64,000 nt of DNA from Bacteroidia bacterium (GTDB taxonomy: Bacteria > Bacteroidota > Bacteroidia > JAYUJA01): positions 3,797 to 67,796 of the forward strand of contig JAYUJA010000138.1 in assembly GCA_043765495.1 (NCBI GenBank), read 5' to 3'. Positions 18,645 through 28,975 of this stretch are shown here, one piece after another (the stretch's first letter is position 1; each line of letters begins with the position of its first letter). Position numbers and translations under genes: made by a program. Under the pieces are notes generated by a model. It searched no databases. It had not been told where the DNA came from and saw only the letters and a list, made by a program, of their open reading frames with translations.

Positions 18645-20771
18645 ATGGACGTACACATTAAACGCTTTGAAATGCCAGACGGCAAAGTAATCGAGTTAGA
18701 AACAGGCAAATTGGCTCGTCAGGCTGATGGTTCTGTGATATTAAAAGTAGGGAATACGATGATTTTAGCTACTGTTTGTTCTAAATCAGAAATATCACCA
18801 GACATTGATTTCTTTCCATTAAGCGTAGAATACCAAGAGAAATTTGCTTCGGCGGGTAAAATCCCAGGAAGTTTTTTTAAACGAGAAATGAGAGCTTCTG
18901 AATATGAAATATTAATTTGTAGATTAGTAGACCGTGCGTTAAGACCTATGTTTCCAGAGGATTACAGAGCAGATACGCAAGTAATGTTGTACCTTATATC
19001 TTCGGAAGAAGGAGTACTTCCTGATGCCTACTGTGGATTAGCGGCTTCAGCAGCTATCATGGCTTCTAACATTCCTTTTAATGGTCCAATATCCGAAGTA
19101 AGAGTAGCAAGAGTAGGTGGGAAATTTATCATCAATCCTACGAGAACAGAATTAGAAAGTGCAGATTTAGATATTATCGTAGCAGGAAGCACTACTAGCA
19201 TAGTAATGGTGGAAGGGGAGATGAAAGAAGTATCCGAAGAGGATATGCTAGCAGCTATAAAAGTAGCACATGAAGGAATTATCGTACAGTGTGAAGCACA
19301 GATAGCTTTTGCAGCAGAAATTAAAAAATCTTTATCTAAAAGAGAATATACTACCCCAGCGCAAGACGAGGATTTGAGAAAACAAGTCACAGCAGCTACG
19401 CATGAAGCAATGGTAGAAATAGCAAAAAGAGGAATAGCTAATAAACAAGAGCGTAAAAAACTATTCAAAGAAGTAAAGGAAAATTTCCTTGCTACACTAT
19501 CGGACGAAGTAAAAGAAGAAAAGAAAAAACTACTAAAAACATACCTAGAAGATACAGAGTACTATGCAGTAAGAGAAGCGATATTAAAACACAGAATACG
19601 ACTAGACGGTAGAGGACTAGAAGAAGTACGTCCAATATGGTGTGAAGTAGACTATTTACCTACTACGCACGGTTCTGCATTATTTACGCGTGGAGAGACA
19701 CAATCATTGACTACTGTGACTTTAGGTACAAAACTAGACGAGCAAATGATAGATGGTGCTGTTTTTGAAGGGTATTCGAAATTAATGTTAAACTATAATT
19801 TTCCAGGATTCTCGACAGGCGAAGTAAAACCGGTAAGAGGGCTATCCAGAAGAGAAGTAGGACACGGAAATCTAGCATTAAGAGCCATCAAACCAATGGT
19901 ACCACAAGCACCAGAAAACCCCTATACTATCCGTATCGTATCGGATATATTAGAGTCGAACGGTTCGTCTTCTATGGCTACTGTATGCGCTGCTACGCTA
20001 GCATTACTAGATGCAGGAGTACAAGTTAAAAAACCAGTATCAGGTATCGCAATGGGATTAATCACCGATGAAAGTGGAGATTTTGCAGTACTATCGGATA
20101 TATTAGGAGATGAAGATCATCTAGGAGACATGGATTTCAAAGTAGCAGGAACAAGAGACGGGATTACAGCTTGCCAAATGGATATAAAAGTACAAGGATT
20201 GAGCTTTGAAATTTTATTAAAAGCACTAGCACAAGCTAAAAACGGTCGTTTGCATATACTTGGTGAGATGAACAAAGCTTTGGATGCTCCTCGTAGTGAT
20301 TACAAAGGACATGCACCTCGTTTTGAACAAATAATTATACCAAGAGAATTAATAGGATCTGTAATAGGACCTGGCGGAAAAATCATTCAAGAAATACAAA
20401 GAGAATCTGGTGCTACTATTGTACTTACAGAAGTAGACAATAATGGTGTAGTAGATATTTTTGCAAAAACCAAAGAAGCCGTAGATATGGCAATGGGAAG
20501 AGTAAAAGGTATCATAGCACAGCCAGAAGTAGGAGAAGTATACACAGGGAAAATCAAATCTATATTGGATTTTGGAGCATTTGTAGAGTTTATGCCAGGC
20601 AAAGAAGGTTTATTACATATATCTGAAATAGACTGGAATAGAGTAGAAAAAGTACAAGACGTACTAACAGAGGGCGAAATGATAGAAGTAAAATTAGTAG
20701 AGGTAGACAAGAAGACCAACAAATTCAAGCTATCCAGAAAAGTATTATTACCAAAACCAGTAAAACAATAA
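18645..20771 (+). CDS. pnp: Polyribonucleotide nucleotidyltransferase (PNPase)
   Basis: Two RNase PH domains, KH and S1 domains, and …GKVIELETGKLARQADGSV at the N-terminus. Start set at MDVHIKRF (708 aa). The ORF-track start at 18561 adds an implausible leader. Confidence 0.95.
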   Translation: MDVHIKRFEMPDGKVIELETGKLARQADGSVILKVGNTMILATVCSKSEISPDIDFFPLSVEYQEKFASAGKIPGSFFKREMRASEYEILICRLVDRALRPMFPEDYRADTQVMLYLISSEEGVLPDAYCGLAASAAIMASNIPFNGPISEVRVARVGGKFIINPTRTELESADLDIIVAGSTTSIVMVEGEMKEVSEEDMLAAIKVAHEGIIVQCEAQIAFAAEIKKSLSKREYTTPAQDEDLRKQVTAATHEAMVEIAKRGIANKQERKKLFKEVKENFLATLSDEVKEEKKKLLKTYLEDTEYYAVREAILKHRIRLDGRGLEEVRPIWCEVDYLPTTHGSALFTRGETQSLTTVTLGTKLDEQMIDGAVFEGYSKLMLNYNFPGFSTGEVKPVRGLSRREVGHGNLALRAIKPMVPQAPENPYTIRIVSDILESNGSSSMATVCAATLALLDAGVQVKKPVSGIAMGLITDESGDFAVLSDILGDEDHLGDMDFKVAGTRDGITACQMDIKVQGLSFEILLKALAQAKNGRLHILGEMNKALDAPRSDYKGHAPRFEQIIIPRELIGSVIGPGGKIIQEIQRESGATIVLTEVDNNGVVDIFAKTKEAVDMAMGRVKGIIAQPEVGEVYTGKIKSILDFGAFVEFMPGKEGLLHISEIDWNRVEKVQDVLTEGEMIEVKLVEVDKKTNKFKLSRKVLLPKPVKQ

Positions 20772-20780
20772 TCCGTATAT

Positions 20781-20820
20781 AAAAACAGGCTACTCCGATA
20801 AGAATAGCCTGTTTTTTTGT
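20781..20820. terminator. Bidirectional rho-independent terminator between convergent pnp and the yfcH-like gene
   Basis: AAAAACAGGCTA…TAGCCTGTTTTTTT: a palindromic stem with an A-tract on one side and a T-tract on the other. Confidence 0.6.
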
Positions 20821-20842
20821 TACAACAGTTTTTAAGCCATGA

Positions 20843-21739
20843 CTAATTATCTGTAAGTATATTTTTTAGTGCTTGTTCTATGGTTGGATATTCAAAAATA
20901 AAACCTGCTTTACTGATTCTTTCAGGGATTACCCAACGACTTTTTAATACTAATTCTGTTTCTGTTTTAATAAATAATGCTCCCACTTCAAGTAAAAATT
21001 TAGGAGATGGTAATCCTATTTTAACATTCATCTCTTGCCTTAAAGATTGCATTAAAGTAGTATTATCAATCGGGTTAGGAGAAGAACAATTATAAACCCC
21101 GTTTAAGTTTTCATTAGTTTGTAAAAAAATAATAATATTGTATAAATCTGCAATATGAATCCAGCTAAACATTTGTTTTCCAGTACCTTGCTTTCCACCT
21201 AAACCAAAACGAACGAGATTTTTAAGCGGTTTCATAACTCCACCCTCTTTTCCTAAAACAATAGCCATTCTTAACGCTACTTGTCTTGTATTGGGTAATT
21301 GAAAATCAAAAAAAGATTTTTCCCAACTAGTTGCAACATTTACTGAAAATCCAGTCCCAATTTCTCCTTTTTCTTCTGTCATTGGTCGATCTTCTGCATG
21401 TCGGTAGATTGTTGCTGTACTGGAATTTATCCATATTTTTGGTGGATTAGTGCAATGCAGAATTGCTTTTCCGAGTGCCTGTGTGGTTTCAATTCTTGAG
21501 TTTAGAATTTCTTGTTTATTTTTTTCATTATAACGACAGTCTACAGACTTGCCAGCAAGATTTATTAGCATGTCTGCGTTATCTATTGCTTCGATAATCG
21601 CTTTTGTATTTCCCCAATTAACCGTGTTTTCTTGTCGTGAAATAATAATTACTTGGTAACCTAAATTATTATATTTTTCTTCTAAATATTTCCCAACAAA
21701 GCCAGTCCCTCCTGCTAAAACTATTTTTTTATTTTTCAT
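20843..21739 (-). CDS. TIGR01777 (YfcH-like) NAD-dependent epimerase/dehydratase family protein
   Basis: MKNKKIVLAGGTGFVGKYL Rossmann start and a C-terminal DUF1731-like region. Start set at 21739. The upstream 17 codons in the ORF track are an extension. Confidence 0.75.
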   Translation of the reverse strand: MKNKKIVLAGGTGFVGKYLEEKYNNLGYQVIIISRQENTVNWGNTKAIIEAIDNADMLINLAGKSVDCRYNEKNKQEILNSRIETTQALGKAILHCTNPPKIWINSSTATIYRHAEDRPMTEEKGEIGTGFSVNVATSWEKSFFDFQLPNTRQVALRMAIVLGKEGGVMKPLKNLVRFGLGGKQGTGKQMFSWIHIADLYNIIIFLQTNENLNGVYNCSSPNPIDNTTLMQSLRQEMNVKIGLPSPKFLLEVGALFIKTETELVLKSRWVIPERISKAGFIFEYPTIEQALKNILTDN

Positions 21740-21782
21740 TCGTAGTATTTTAAAATAAATAATAAATCTATTGTTTTTATAC

Positions 21783-21823
21783 AAAAACATGCTACTCTTA
21801 TCGGAGTAGCCTGTTTTTTTGTT
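21783..21823. terminator. Terminator-like palindromic element abutting the parE-like stop codon
   Basis: AAAAACATGCTACTC…GAGTAGCCTGTTTTTTT, an inverted copy of the 20781-20820 element. Confidence 0.55.
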
Positions 21824-23678
21824 ATTCTACATTGGTATCTAATAATTCTACCCGAAGGTTTTGTATAATAAATTGTTGTCTTTCTGGGGTATTTTTTCCC
21901 ATATAAAACTCTAATAATTTTTTTAGGTTATCTTGTCGTTTCATGATTACTGGTTCTAGTCGCATATCTTTGCCTATAAAACGTTGAAACTCGTTAGGAG
22001 AAATCTCACCCAATCCCTTGAATCGTGTTATTTCTGGCTTTATTCCTAGTTTTTTGATAGCTTTTTGTTTTTCTATCTCGGAATAGCAGTATATAGTTTC
22101 TTTCTTATTACGCACCCTAAACAGCGGAGTTTGTAAAATATACACGTGTCCATTTCTTACTAAATCTGGAAAAAACTGCAGGAAGAACGTCATTAATAAC
22201 AAACGTATGTGCATACCATCTACATCGGCATCGGTGGCTATTACGATATTATTATACCTTAAACTTTCTAAATTTTCTTCTATATTCAACGCACTTTGCA
22301 GCAAATTAAACTCTTCATTTTCGTATACTACTCTTTTTGTCAATCCGAAACAATTTAATGGCTTACCACGTAACGAGAATACTGCTTGGGTACTTACATT
22401 ACGGGCAGTAGTGATAGAACCACTTGCGGAGTCCCCTTCGGTGATGAATAAAGTAGTCTCTAATTTGCTAACATGGTTGGTATTATAATGTACTTTACAA
22501 TCTCTTAATTTCTTATTGTGTAGGCTTACTTTTTTGGCTCTATCTTTCATCAGTTTTCGAATACCTGACAGTTCTTTTCTTTCTTTTTCAGATTGTACTA
22601 TTTTTTGAAGAAGCGCTTCTGCTACAAGTGGGTTTTTGTGCAGAAAATCATCAATTGTTTTCTTTATCACTTCTATTACATAACTTTTCAACCCGACACC
22701 AGTTTCTGGACTCATGACGGTAGATCCGAGTTTTGTTTTTGTTTGGGATTCAAAAACAGGTTCTTGTACGCGTATAGATATAGCTACTACAATAGACATG
22801 CGTATATCTGCTGCTTCAAAATCTTTTTTATAAAAATCCCTAATTGTTTTAATAAAAGCTTCTCTAAAAGCTATCTCATGGGTGCCTCCTTGTGTGGTGT
22901 GCTGTCCATTTACAAAAGAATAATAATCTTCGCCATAGGATTTACTATGTGTAAAAGCTACTTCCAAATCTTCGGCTTTGACGTGTACAATAGGGTATAA
23001 ACCATCTTCTGCCAAATTCTTTTTTAATAAATCCAACAATCCATTTTCAGAATAATAGCTTTGTTCATTAAAAAATAACGTAAGACCAGCATTTAAATAA
23101 GCGTAATTCCATAGCATTCTATCGATATATTCCTGTATATAATGATAAGTACCAAATAAGCTTTCGTCGGCGTGGTAAGTGATGATAGTACCATCTACTT
23201 CTTGGCAATTTTGCTCTTTGGATTCTTCTACTAATTCTCCTGCGTTAAAAATCGCTACTTTGGTTTTTCCATTTCGGATAGATTGTACTCTAAAATAGTT
23301 AGAAAGTGCATTTACGGCTTTTGTTCCTACGCCATTTAGCCCTACGGCTTTGGTGAATGCTCCAGAATCGTATTTTGCACCCGTATTTATTTTAGAAACA
23401 CAATCCACTACTTTACCAAGTGGAATCCCTCGTCCAAAATCTCGTACAGTAACCTTGTTATGTTCTAATGAAATATGTATTTCTTTGCCATTTCCCATTA
23501 CATACTCATCGATAGAATTATCTATTATTTCTTTCAATAATACATAAATACCATCGTCGTAGGAAGCACCATCTCCTAGCTTGCCTACATACATGCCTGG
23601 GCGTAGTCGTATATGTTCTTTCCAATCTAGGGAACGAACGGAGTCATCTCCATAAATAGGTTTTTGTGCTGTACTCAT
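21822..23678 (-). CDS. parE: Type IIA topoisomerase ATPase subunit, most likely topoisomerase IV subunit B
   Basis: A GHKL ATPase N-terminus (…[11 protein letters not shown]…), a Toprim EGDSA motif ([10 protein letters not shown]), and 618 aa with no long GyrB-type insertion. Confidence 0.7.
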   Translation of the reverse strand: MSTAQKPIYGDDSVRSLDWKEHIRLRPGMYVGKLGDGASYDDGIYVLLKEIIDNSIDEYVMGNGKEIHISLEHNKVTVRDFGRGIPLGKVVDCVSKINTGAKYDSGAFTKAVGLNGVGTKAVNALSNYFRVQSIRNGKTKVAIFNAGELVEESKEQNCQEVDGTIITYHADESLFGTYHYIQEYIDRMLWNYAYLNAGLTLFFNEQSYYSENGLLDLLKKNLAEDGLYPIVHVKAEDLEVAFTHSKSYGEDYYSFVNGQHTTQGGTHEIAFREAFIKTIRDFYKKDFEAADIRMSIVVAISIRVQEPVFESQTKTKLGSTVMSPETGVGLKSYVIEVIKKTIDDFLHKNPLVAEALLQKIVQSEKERKELSGIRKLMKDRAKKVSLHNKKLRDCKVHYNTNHVSKLETTLFITEGDSASGSITTARNVSTQAVFSLRGKPLNCFGLTKRVVYENEEFNLLQSALNIEENLESLRYNNIVIATDADVDGMHIRLLLMTFFLQFFPDLVRNGHVYILQTPLFRVRNKKETIYCYSEIEKQKAIKKLGIKPEITRFKGLGEISPNEFQRFIGKDMRLEPVIMKRQDNLKKLLEFYMGKNTPERQQFIIQNLRVELLDTNVE

Positions 23679-23728
23679 TATTAATCAACTAAAAAAATAT
23701 GAAATTATGTTTTGCAAAGGTAGGGAAT

Positions 23729-25963
23729 TTACTTGTTATTTTTTTGTAAAAAATTAAACATACGAGTATATACATTAAGGCGTGTACTCCCACCTGATAG
23801 ATTATGATTTTTATCAGGATAAATAAACATTTCAAACTGCTTATTGTTAGCATTTAATGCACTTACCATTTCATACGTATTTTGGATATGAACGTTATCG
23901 TCTGCAGTGCCATGGATAATCAGGTAATTTCCTTTTAAGTTTTTGGCAAAATTAATAGGTGAATTATCTTTATAGCCAGCAGCATTGTCTTTTGGTAATC
24001 CCATGTACCTTTCTATATAGATATTATCGTAATACATCCAATTCGTGACAGGAGCTACTGCTACGGCATTTTGGAATGTTTCGGGGTATTTTAACAAGCA
24101 TAACGAACTCAAATATCCTCCATAACTCCAGCCTTGTATAGTTATTTTATCTTTGGCTACGAAATCATTTTTTTTGTATTCCTCTACTGCATTTTTCAAG
24201 TCTTGCGATTCTATGTTGCCTAGTTGTCCATAGGTCACTGTTCTGAAATCCCTGCCTCTATTGCCTGTACCACGCGGGTCGATGCACAAAATTATGTACC
24301 CTTGCTGTGCTAGGTATTGTCGCCAGCCTATTTCCCAATCCCATTCGTTATTTACCTCACAATGCCCAGGACCGCCATAGATAGTTACGAATAATGGATA
24401 TTTTTTTGTTTTATCAAAATCAGAAGGTAGTATTTGCCAAGCGTTCCAATTATTTTTTCCGTCGGATAGGTTGAATAGTTCTTTGGGTGTAAAATCGTAT
24501 TCTTTAGCTATTGTTTCAAATTTCTTATTGTCTTCCAGTACTTGTATTACTTTGCCATTATTATCCATACTACTATATACTGGTGGAATAGTAGTAGTAG
24601 AATATTCTTGTAAAAAATAGGCATACGTACTTGAAAAATAAGCATTATGCGTGCCTTGCTCTTTGGTAGATACTAATGCTGTATTACCTGTTTTATAATC
24701 TATTTTATAAATATCCTTGTTTGTATTTTGAGAGCTATTTGCTTCTACACCACTGCTTAAAAGCACTTTAACGTCCATCACCTCATTGGTAGTTTGAATG
24801 TATACGGTATTATTTTTTTCATCTATACCATATACTTTTGTAATATCCAATGTTTTAGGGGTTAATTTTTTCAACAAAATACCTTTATTATCGTAATGAT
24901 ACAATTGATTATAGCCATCTTTTTCAGAAGTAAGTATACACGATCCATCTTGCAAAAACTGCCAAAACAAAGACGTTATTTCTATGTAATTTTTTGCTAT
25001 TTCTTGTAAATAAGTAGTTTTTTGATTCGTAACTGTATTTATTTTATAAATAGAGAGTTCGTTTTGAAGCCTATTCATCGCTACTATTGCTAGTTCTTCT
25101 TTATTTTGTGTCCATTGTATACGAGGGAAATATTCTATGTTATTACTCGTATTATCTAGTAACTTGGTATTTTTTTTAGTTTTAAAATCATACACCCAAA
25201 TACTAATTTTAGAGTTTTTTTGTCCTGATTTGGGGTATTTGAACGTAGAAAGAGTAGGGTATAGCTGATTTTTATAGAGTGGCATATTATATTCAGGGAC
25301 TTCTGTTTCGTCCATTTGGTAATACGCTATTTTACTACCATCTACATTCCACTGGTACGCCTGGGTGAGTTCAAATTCTTCTTCATGTACCCAATCGCTT
25401 GCACCGTTGATGATACTATTTTTTTTGCCATTGGTAGTGATAGCAGTTAGTTTATTAGTGACAATGTCTTTACTGTATAAATTATTATTTTCTACAAAAG
25501 CTACTTGCTTACTATCAGGCGAGAAAGTAGGGTACATCACAGGGGAAGTGTGCAATGGCGTATTTTTGCCAGATACTACATCTGCTATTACATAGGTAGC
25601 AGTTTTGGAATAGCGGTAGATAGATTTAGGAGTATACTCCACCAATAATTTCGTTTCAGTAGCATTAAAATGATAGTCCGTAGCAGTAGGGTTTTCTAAT
25701 TTCAATAACGTACTCCCTGCAACAGTTGGCGCATCGTATCTTTTTATAGTAATACTTCCATCTTCCAATTCACTAAAATGAATACCATCTTTCATACTTG
25801 TAAACCCTTGCATATAAGAAGGATAAAACTCTCCACTAGCAAATACGGCTGGCAAAGTAATAGAAGTGGATTTTTGAGCAATTAGGCTATTAGAGAATAA
25901 TATAGTTGCAAAAAAGATAAAAAAAAATTTTGTTGTGTTCATTTTAAATAGTATTTTTGACAA
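23729..25963 (-). CDS. S9 family peptidase, dipeptidyl-peptidase IV-like
   Basis: N-terminal beta-propeller region plus a C-terminal alpha/beta hydrolase with the GWSYGGY nucleophile elbow and Asp/His downstream. Signal peptide. 744 aa. Confidence 0.85.
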   Translation of the reverse strand: MSKILFKMNTTKFFFIFFATILFSNSLIAQKSTSITLPAVFASGEFYPSYMQGFTSMKDGIHFSELEDGSITIKRYDAPTVAGSTLLKLENPTATDYHFNATETKLLVEYTPKSIYRYSKTATYVIADVVSGKNTPLHTSPVMYPTFSPDSKQVAFVENNNLYSKDIVTNKLTAITTNGKKNSIINGASDWVHEEEFELTQAYQWNVDGSKIAYYQMDETEVPEYNMPLYKNQLYPTLSTFKYPKSGQKNSKISIWVYDFKTKKNTKLLDNTSNNIEYFPRIQWTQNKEELAIVAMNRLQNELSIYKINTVTNQKTTYLQEIAKNYIEITSLFWQFLQDGSCILTSEKDGYNQLYHYDNKGILLKKLTPKTLDITKVYGIDEKNNTVYIQTTNEVMDVKVLLSSGVEANSSQNTNKDIYKIDYKTGNTALVSTKEQGTHNAYFSSTYAYFLQEYSTTTIPPVYSSMDNNGKVIQVLEDNKKFETIAKEYDFTPKELFNLSDGKNNWNAWQILPSDFDKTKKYPLFVTIYGGPGHCEVNNEWDWEIGWRQYLAQQGYIILCIDPRGTGNRGRDFRTVTYGQLGNIESQDLKNAVEEYKKNDFVAKDKITIQGWSYGGYLSSLCLLKYPETFQNAVAVAPVTNWMYYDNIYIERYMGLPKDNAAGYKDNSPINFAKNLKGNYLIIHGTADDNVHIQNTYEMVSALNANNKQFEMFIYPDKNHNLSGGSTRLNVYTRMFNFLQKNNK

Positions 25964-25977
25964 AATTAGTTTATTTT

Positions 25978-26664
25978 ATGAAAAAAATAGTATTCCTAGC
26001 GACTTTTATAAACATTTTCGCACTTCAAGCACAATTATCCTTTGAGCCACACCCCACTACCATCAATGGTAATGCTACTGATGTAGAACTAACAGAGGAA
26101 TTAGACATACGTAATAGTGGAGCTACTTCCATTACTGCCAAAGCCTATCGTACTACCTTATCCGCACCTACAAGCAGTTCTAACTATATGTGTATATTCG
26201 ATGTATGCTTATTACCCACAGTAGACGCTAGCCCTTCTGCTACATTAGCAGCTAATGCCGTGAATGGAAGCATGTCCGTACATTATAAACCACAAGGAAA
26301 TAACGGACAAGCACAAGTAAAATACAAGGTAGAAGAAGTAAATAATACTACTAATTTTTGTGAAACGACTATTACCTATAATACTGCAGATGTTGTTGGT
26401 AACCCTTTAAGCATTAATAACCCTACTGTCATTGCATCGCAAGTAATCCATAACCAAGACGAACTTATCCTTATCATCGCGCAGCCTACGAATGAATTTA
26501 GCGTTACGGTATACGATATTTCAGGCACTAAAATAACTACTATTTCTACACAACAAAATAACATGAATAGAATTCCTTTGGCTAATTTAGCTTCTGGAAT
26601 GTACTTTGCTGTTTTACAAGATGACAAAGGAACTATCTATAAGCCAGTTACTTTCGTTAAATAA
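25978..26664 (+). CDS. Secreted protein with a T9SS type-A C-terminal sorting domain
   Basis: Signal peptide MKKIVFLATFINIFALQA and a C-terminal …FSVTVYDISGTKI…GMYFAVLQDDKGTIYKPVTFVK, typical of a Por/T9SS CTD. Confidence 0.6.
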   Translation: MKKIVFLATFINIFALQAQLSFEPHPTTINGNATDVELTEELDIRNSGATSITAKAYRTTLSAPTSSSNYMCIFDVCLLPTVDASPSATLAANAVNGSMSVHYKPQGNNGQAQVKYKVEEVNNTTNFCETTITYNTADVVGNPLSINNPTVIASQVIHNQDELILIIAQPTNEFSVTVYDISGTKITTISTQQNNMNRIPLANLASGMYFAVLQDDKGTIYKPVTFVK

Positions 26665-26697
26665 ATAATTTTCTTTTTTCTTTTAATTTATAACCCT

Positions 26698-27096
26698 ATG
26701 AGCAACCCACACTTCCAAAAAGTAAGAAATTATTTACAAGATTTAGGCTACGATGCCTCTAATGCTAATGTAGAAGCACATACTGTACTAGTTACAGATG
26801 AAAACAAAGGGCTGAATAATCTAATCGTAGATTGTGAAGATAACCTATTAGTAATAGAGCAATACATTTGCAATGTTTCTAAATCCGATACCAATGCTTT
26901 ATTACGCTTATTACAAATGAATCGCACGTTGATACATGGTGCTTTTGTAATCAACGAAGAAGCTACCCGTATTATTTTTAGAGATACACTACAATTAGAA
27001 AATTTAGATTTGAACGAGTTAGATGCTTCCCTTAATGCACTTTCTCTAGCCCTAGCTGAAAATGCTGGCGAACTATTGGCTTTTTCTAAAAATTAA
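26698..27096 (+). CDS. DUF2170 (YjfI-like) family protein
   Basis: 132-aa acidic protein immediately upstream of a PspA-family gene, the same pairing as E. coli yjfI-yjfJ. The family assignment is by pattern and context only. Confidence 0.45.
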   Translation: MSNPHFQKVRNYLQDLGYDASNANVEAHTVLVTDENKGLNNLIVDCEDNLLVIEQYICNVSKSDTNALLRLLQMNRTLIHGAFVINEEATRIIFRDTLQLENLDLNELDASLNALSLALAENAGELLAFSKN

Positions 27097-27165
27097 AAGC
27101 TATCGCAAAACAAGTTACAATTTTAATACATATATTTTCACCTCCATCTATTTAAACTATAAGTT

Positions 27166-27942
27166 ATGTCTATCTTTAAAAGACTTTTCAACATTGGACA
27201 AGCAGAAGCAAATGCTGCGATTGATAAATTAGAAGATCCAGTAAACATGACCAGACAAGGCATTCGTGATCTCAAAATCGATTTGGATAAGAGTATTCAA
27301 AGTTTAGCAGAAGTAAAAGCTATTGCTATCCGATCCAAAAATGAAGCAGAAAAAGCAAAACAACAAGCTATCGATTACGAGCAAAAAGCAATGGCTTTGT
27401 TACAAAGAGCGCAACAAGGTGCTATAGCACTACCAGAAGCAGAAAGACTAGCTTCCGAAGCTTTATTACGCAAAGAAGAAATGATAAAAAATGCACAAAC
27501 AGCATTTGGTAATCAAACAAAATACGAACAAATGTCTAATAATCTAGAATCCAAAACTAGAGAGTTGAAAAGCAATATCGCTAAATGGGAAAATGAATTA
27601 AAAACCCTAGAAGCAAGAGCAAAAGTAAGTGATGCTACTCAAAAAATCAACAAGCAACTTGCTGGTATTGATTCTAATGGAACAGTTTCTTTACTAGAAA
27701 GAATGAAAGAAAAAGTAGAAGGACAAGAAGCTTTAGCAGAATCGTATGCAGATATGGCAGGTTTAGAAAAATCCGTAGACAATGAAATCAATAAAGCACT
27801 AGCAGGAAGCGCTTCGTATGAAGGTAATGCCGCTTTATTAGAATTAAAACAAAAAATGGGATTATTGCCACCAACTACCACCGATGCTATCTTATTAGAT
27901 AGTGGAAGTGATACACCACCAGCTTTACCAGAAGGAAAATAA
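27166..27942 (+). CDS. PspA/IM30 (Vipp1) family protein
   Basis: MSIFKRLFNIGQAEANAAIDKLEDPVNMTRQGIRDL matches the PspA N-terminal signature. A long coiled coil is followed by a Pro/Thr-rich C-terminal tail. Confidence 0.8.
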   Translation: MSIFKRLFNIGQAEANAAIDKLEDPVNMTRQGIRDLKIDLDKSIQSLAEVKAIAIRSKNEAEKAKQQAIDYEQKAMALLQRAQQGAIALPEAERLASEALLRKEEMIKNAQTAFGNQTKYEQMSNNLESKTRELKSNIAKWENELKTLEARAKVSDATQKINKQLAGIDSNGTVSLLERMKEKVEGQEALAESYADMAGLEKSVDNEINKALAGSASYEGNAALLELKQKMGLLPPTTTDAILLDSGSDTPPALPEGK

Positions 27943-27954
27943 TAGTAAATACCG

Positions 27955-27988
27955 AAAAAAGCTCCAATTATTGATTGAAGCTTTTTTT
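27955..27988. terminator. Bidirectional terminator between convergent pspA-like and lipoprotein genes
   Basis: AAAAAAGCTCCAAT/ATTGAAGCTTTTTTT hairpin. Confidence 0.55.
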
Positions 27989-28023
27989 ATTTTATGAAAT
28001 AACATCTTGTGTCCTAATTTCTA

Positions 28024-28950
28024 TTAATTTGTGCGTACTTGCATACCCCTTAATCCCATATCTACTACTTGCTCTACATTGCTAGGATAGGTGATGTCCC
28101 ATTTGCCATTATTATTACTATCTATCCATTCAAAACTTTGATTCGTAGAGAAAGAAAGTGTCACCGCTACTTCTTTTGCATTTACTCCCCTTCCTATCAC
28201 TATCGGGGTAGTACTAGCACCAGTAATCACACATGATCCTGCTGGTACAGGATTACCAAAGCTAGCCAACGGATTCACGACTGTAGTGCCTGACGCTTGT
28301 CCAGATGTAATACTATTATAAGCAGCATATTGTGGCAAAAAGTCTGTTTCAGCAGCCCAAAATCCTTGTTTTTTTGCACCATTTACGGTTAGTGTTTTTG
28401 TGCGTACTACTGCACTATTGATATAGGTGTTGTAACCTATCCACGACGATATAGTCATATTCTGGTTACTTACATCACCTATTGAAGGTACTTGATTTAT
28501 ATTGAATTTTATAGTATAATTCTGATAGCCTACTGATGCTCTTACGTATTTATAATTTCCTTCTTGGATAGCAGAAATAGGTACTCTTAATACTATTTCA
28601 TCTTGTCCTTTTTGTACAGATAGGTCAAAATCAATAGCAGTAGTAAATCCATTGGCTACTATGTTTTTTTCTGGAGCACGATAGATGATAGCTCCTTGCC
28701 CTAACTGGGTATACTCATCTTTTACTAGCTCTATGTAATGTATGCTCAATTTATTAAAATCAGGCGACTGGGCTGCATGTCCAGGAGCTAACCCCACGGA
28801 TTGCCCATTGTTATCTAATCTAGGTTGTGAATTAGAGAATTTGAATTTCAGACTAAAATATTTAGTATCCTCGTTTTCTGTTTTTTTACACGCATACGTT
28901 GTAAGTAATACGAAGGATAAAGCGGTACAAGCAATAATTTTTGAAAGCAT
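28024..28950 (-). CDS. Lipoprotein of unknown function (308 aa)
   Basis: Lipobox-like LLTTYAC followed by KK. No recognisable motif. Confidence 0.5.
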   Translation of the reverse strand: MLSKIIACTALSFVLLTTYACKKTENEDTKYFSLKFKFSNSQPRLDNNGQSVGLAPGHAAQSPDFNKLSIHYIELVKDEYTQLGQGAIIYRAPEKNIVANGFTTAIDFDLSVQKGQDEIVLRVPISAIQEGNYKYVRASVGYQNYTIKFNINQVPSIGDVSNQNMTISSWIGYNTYINSAVVRTKTLTVNGAKKQGFWAAETDFLPQYAAYNSITSGQASGTTVVNPLASFGNPVPAGSCVITGASTTPIVIGRGVNAKEVAVTLSFSTNQSFEWIDSNNNGKWDITYPSNVEQVVDMGLRGMQVRTN

Positions 28951-28975
28951 AAAAGTGAGTAGATTAAGTGAAGGG

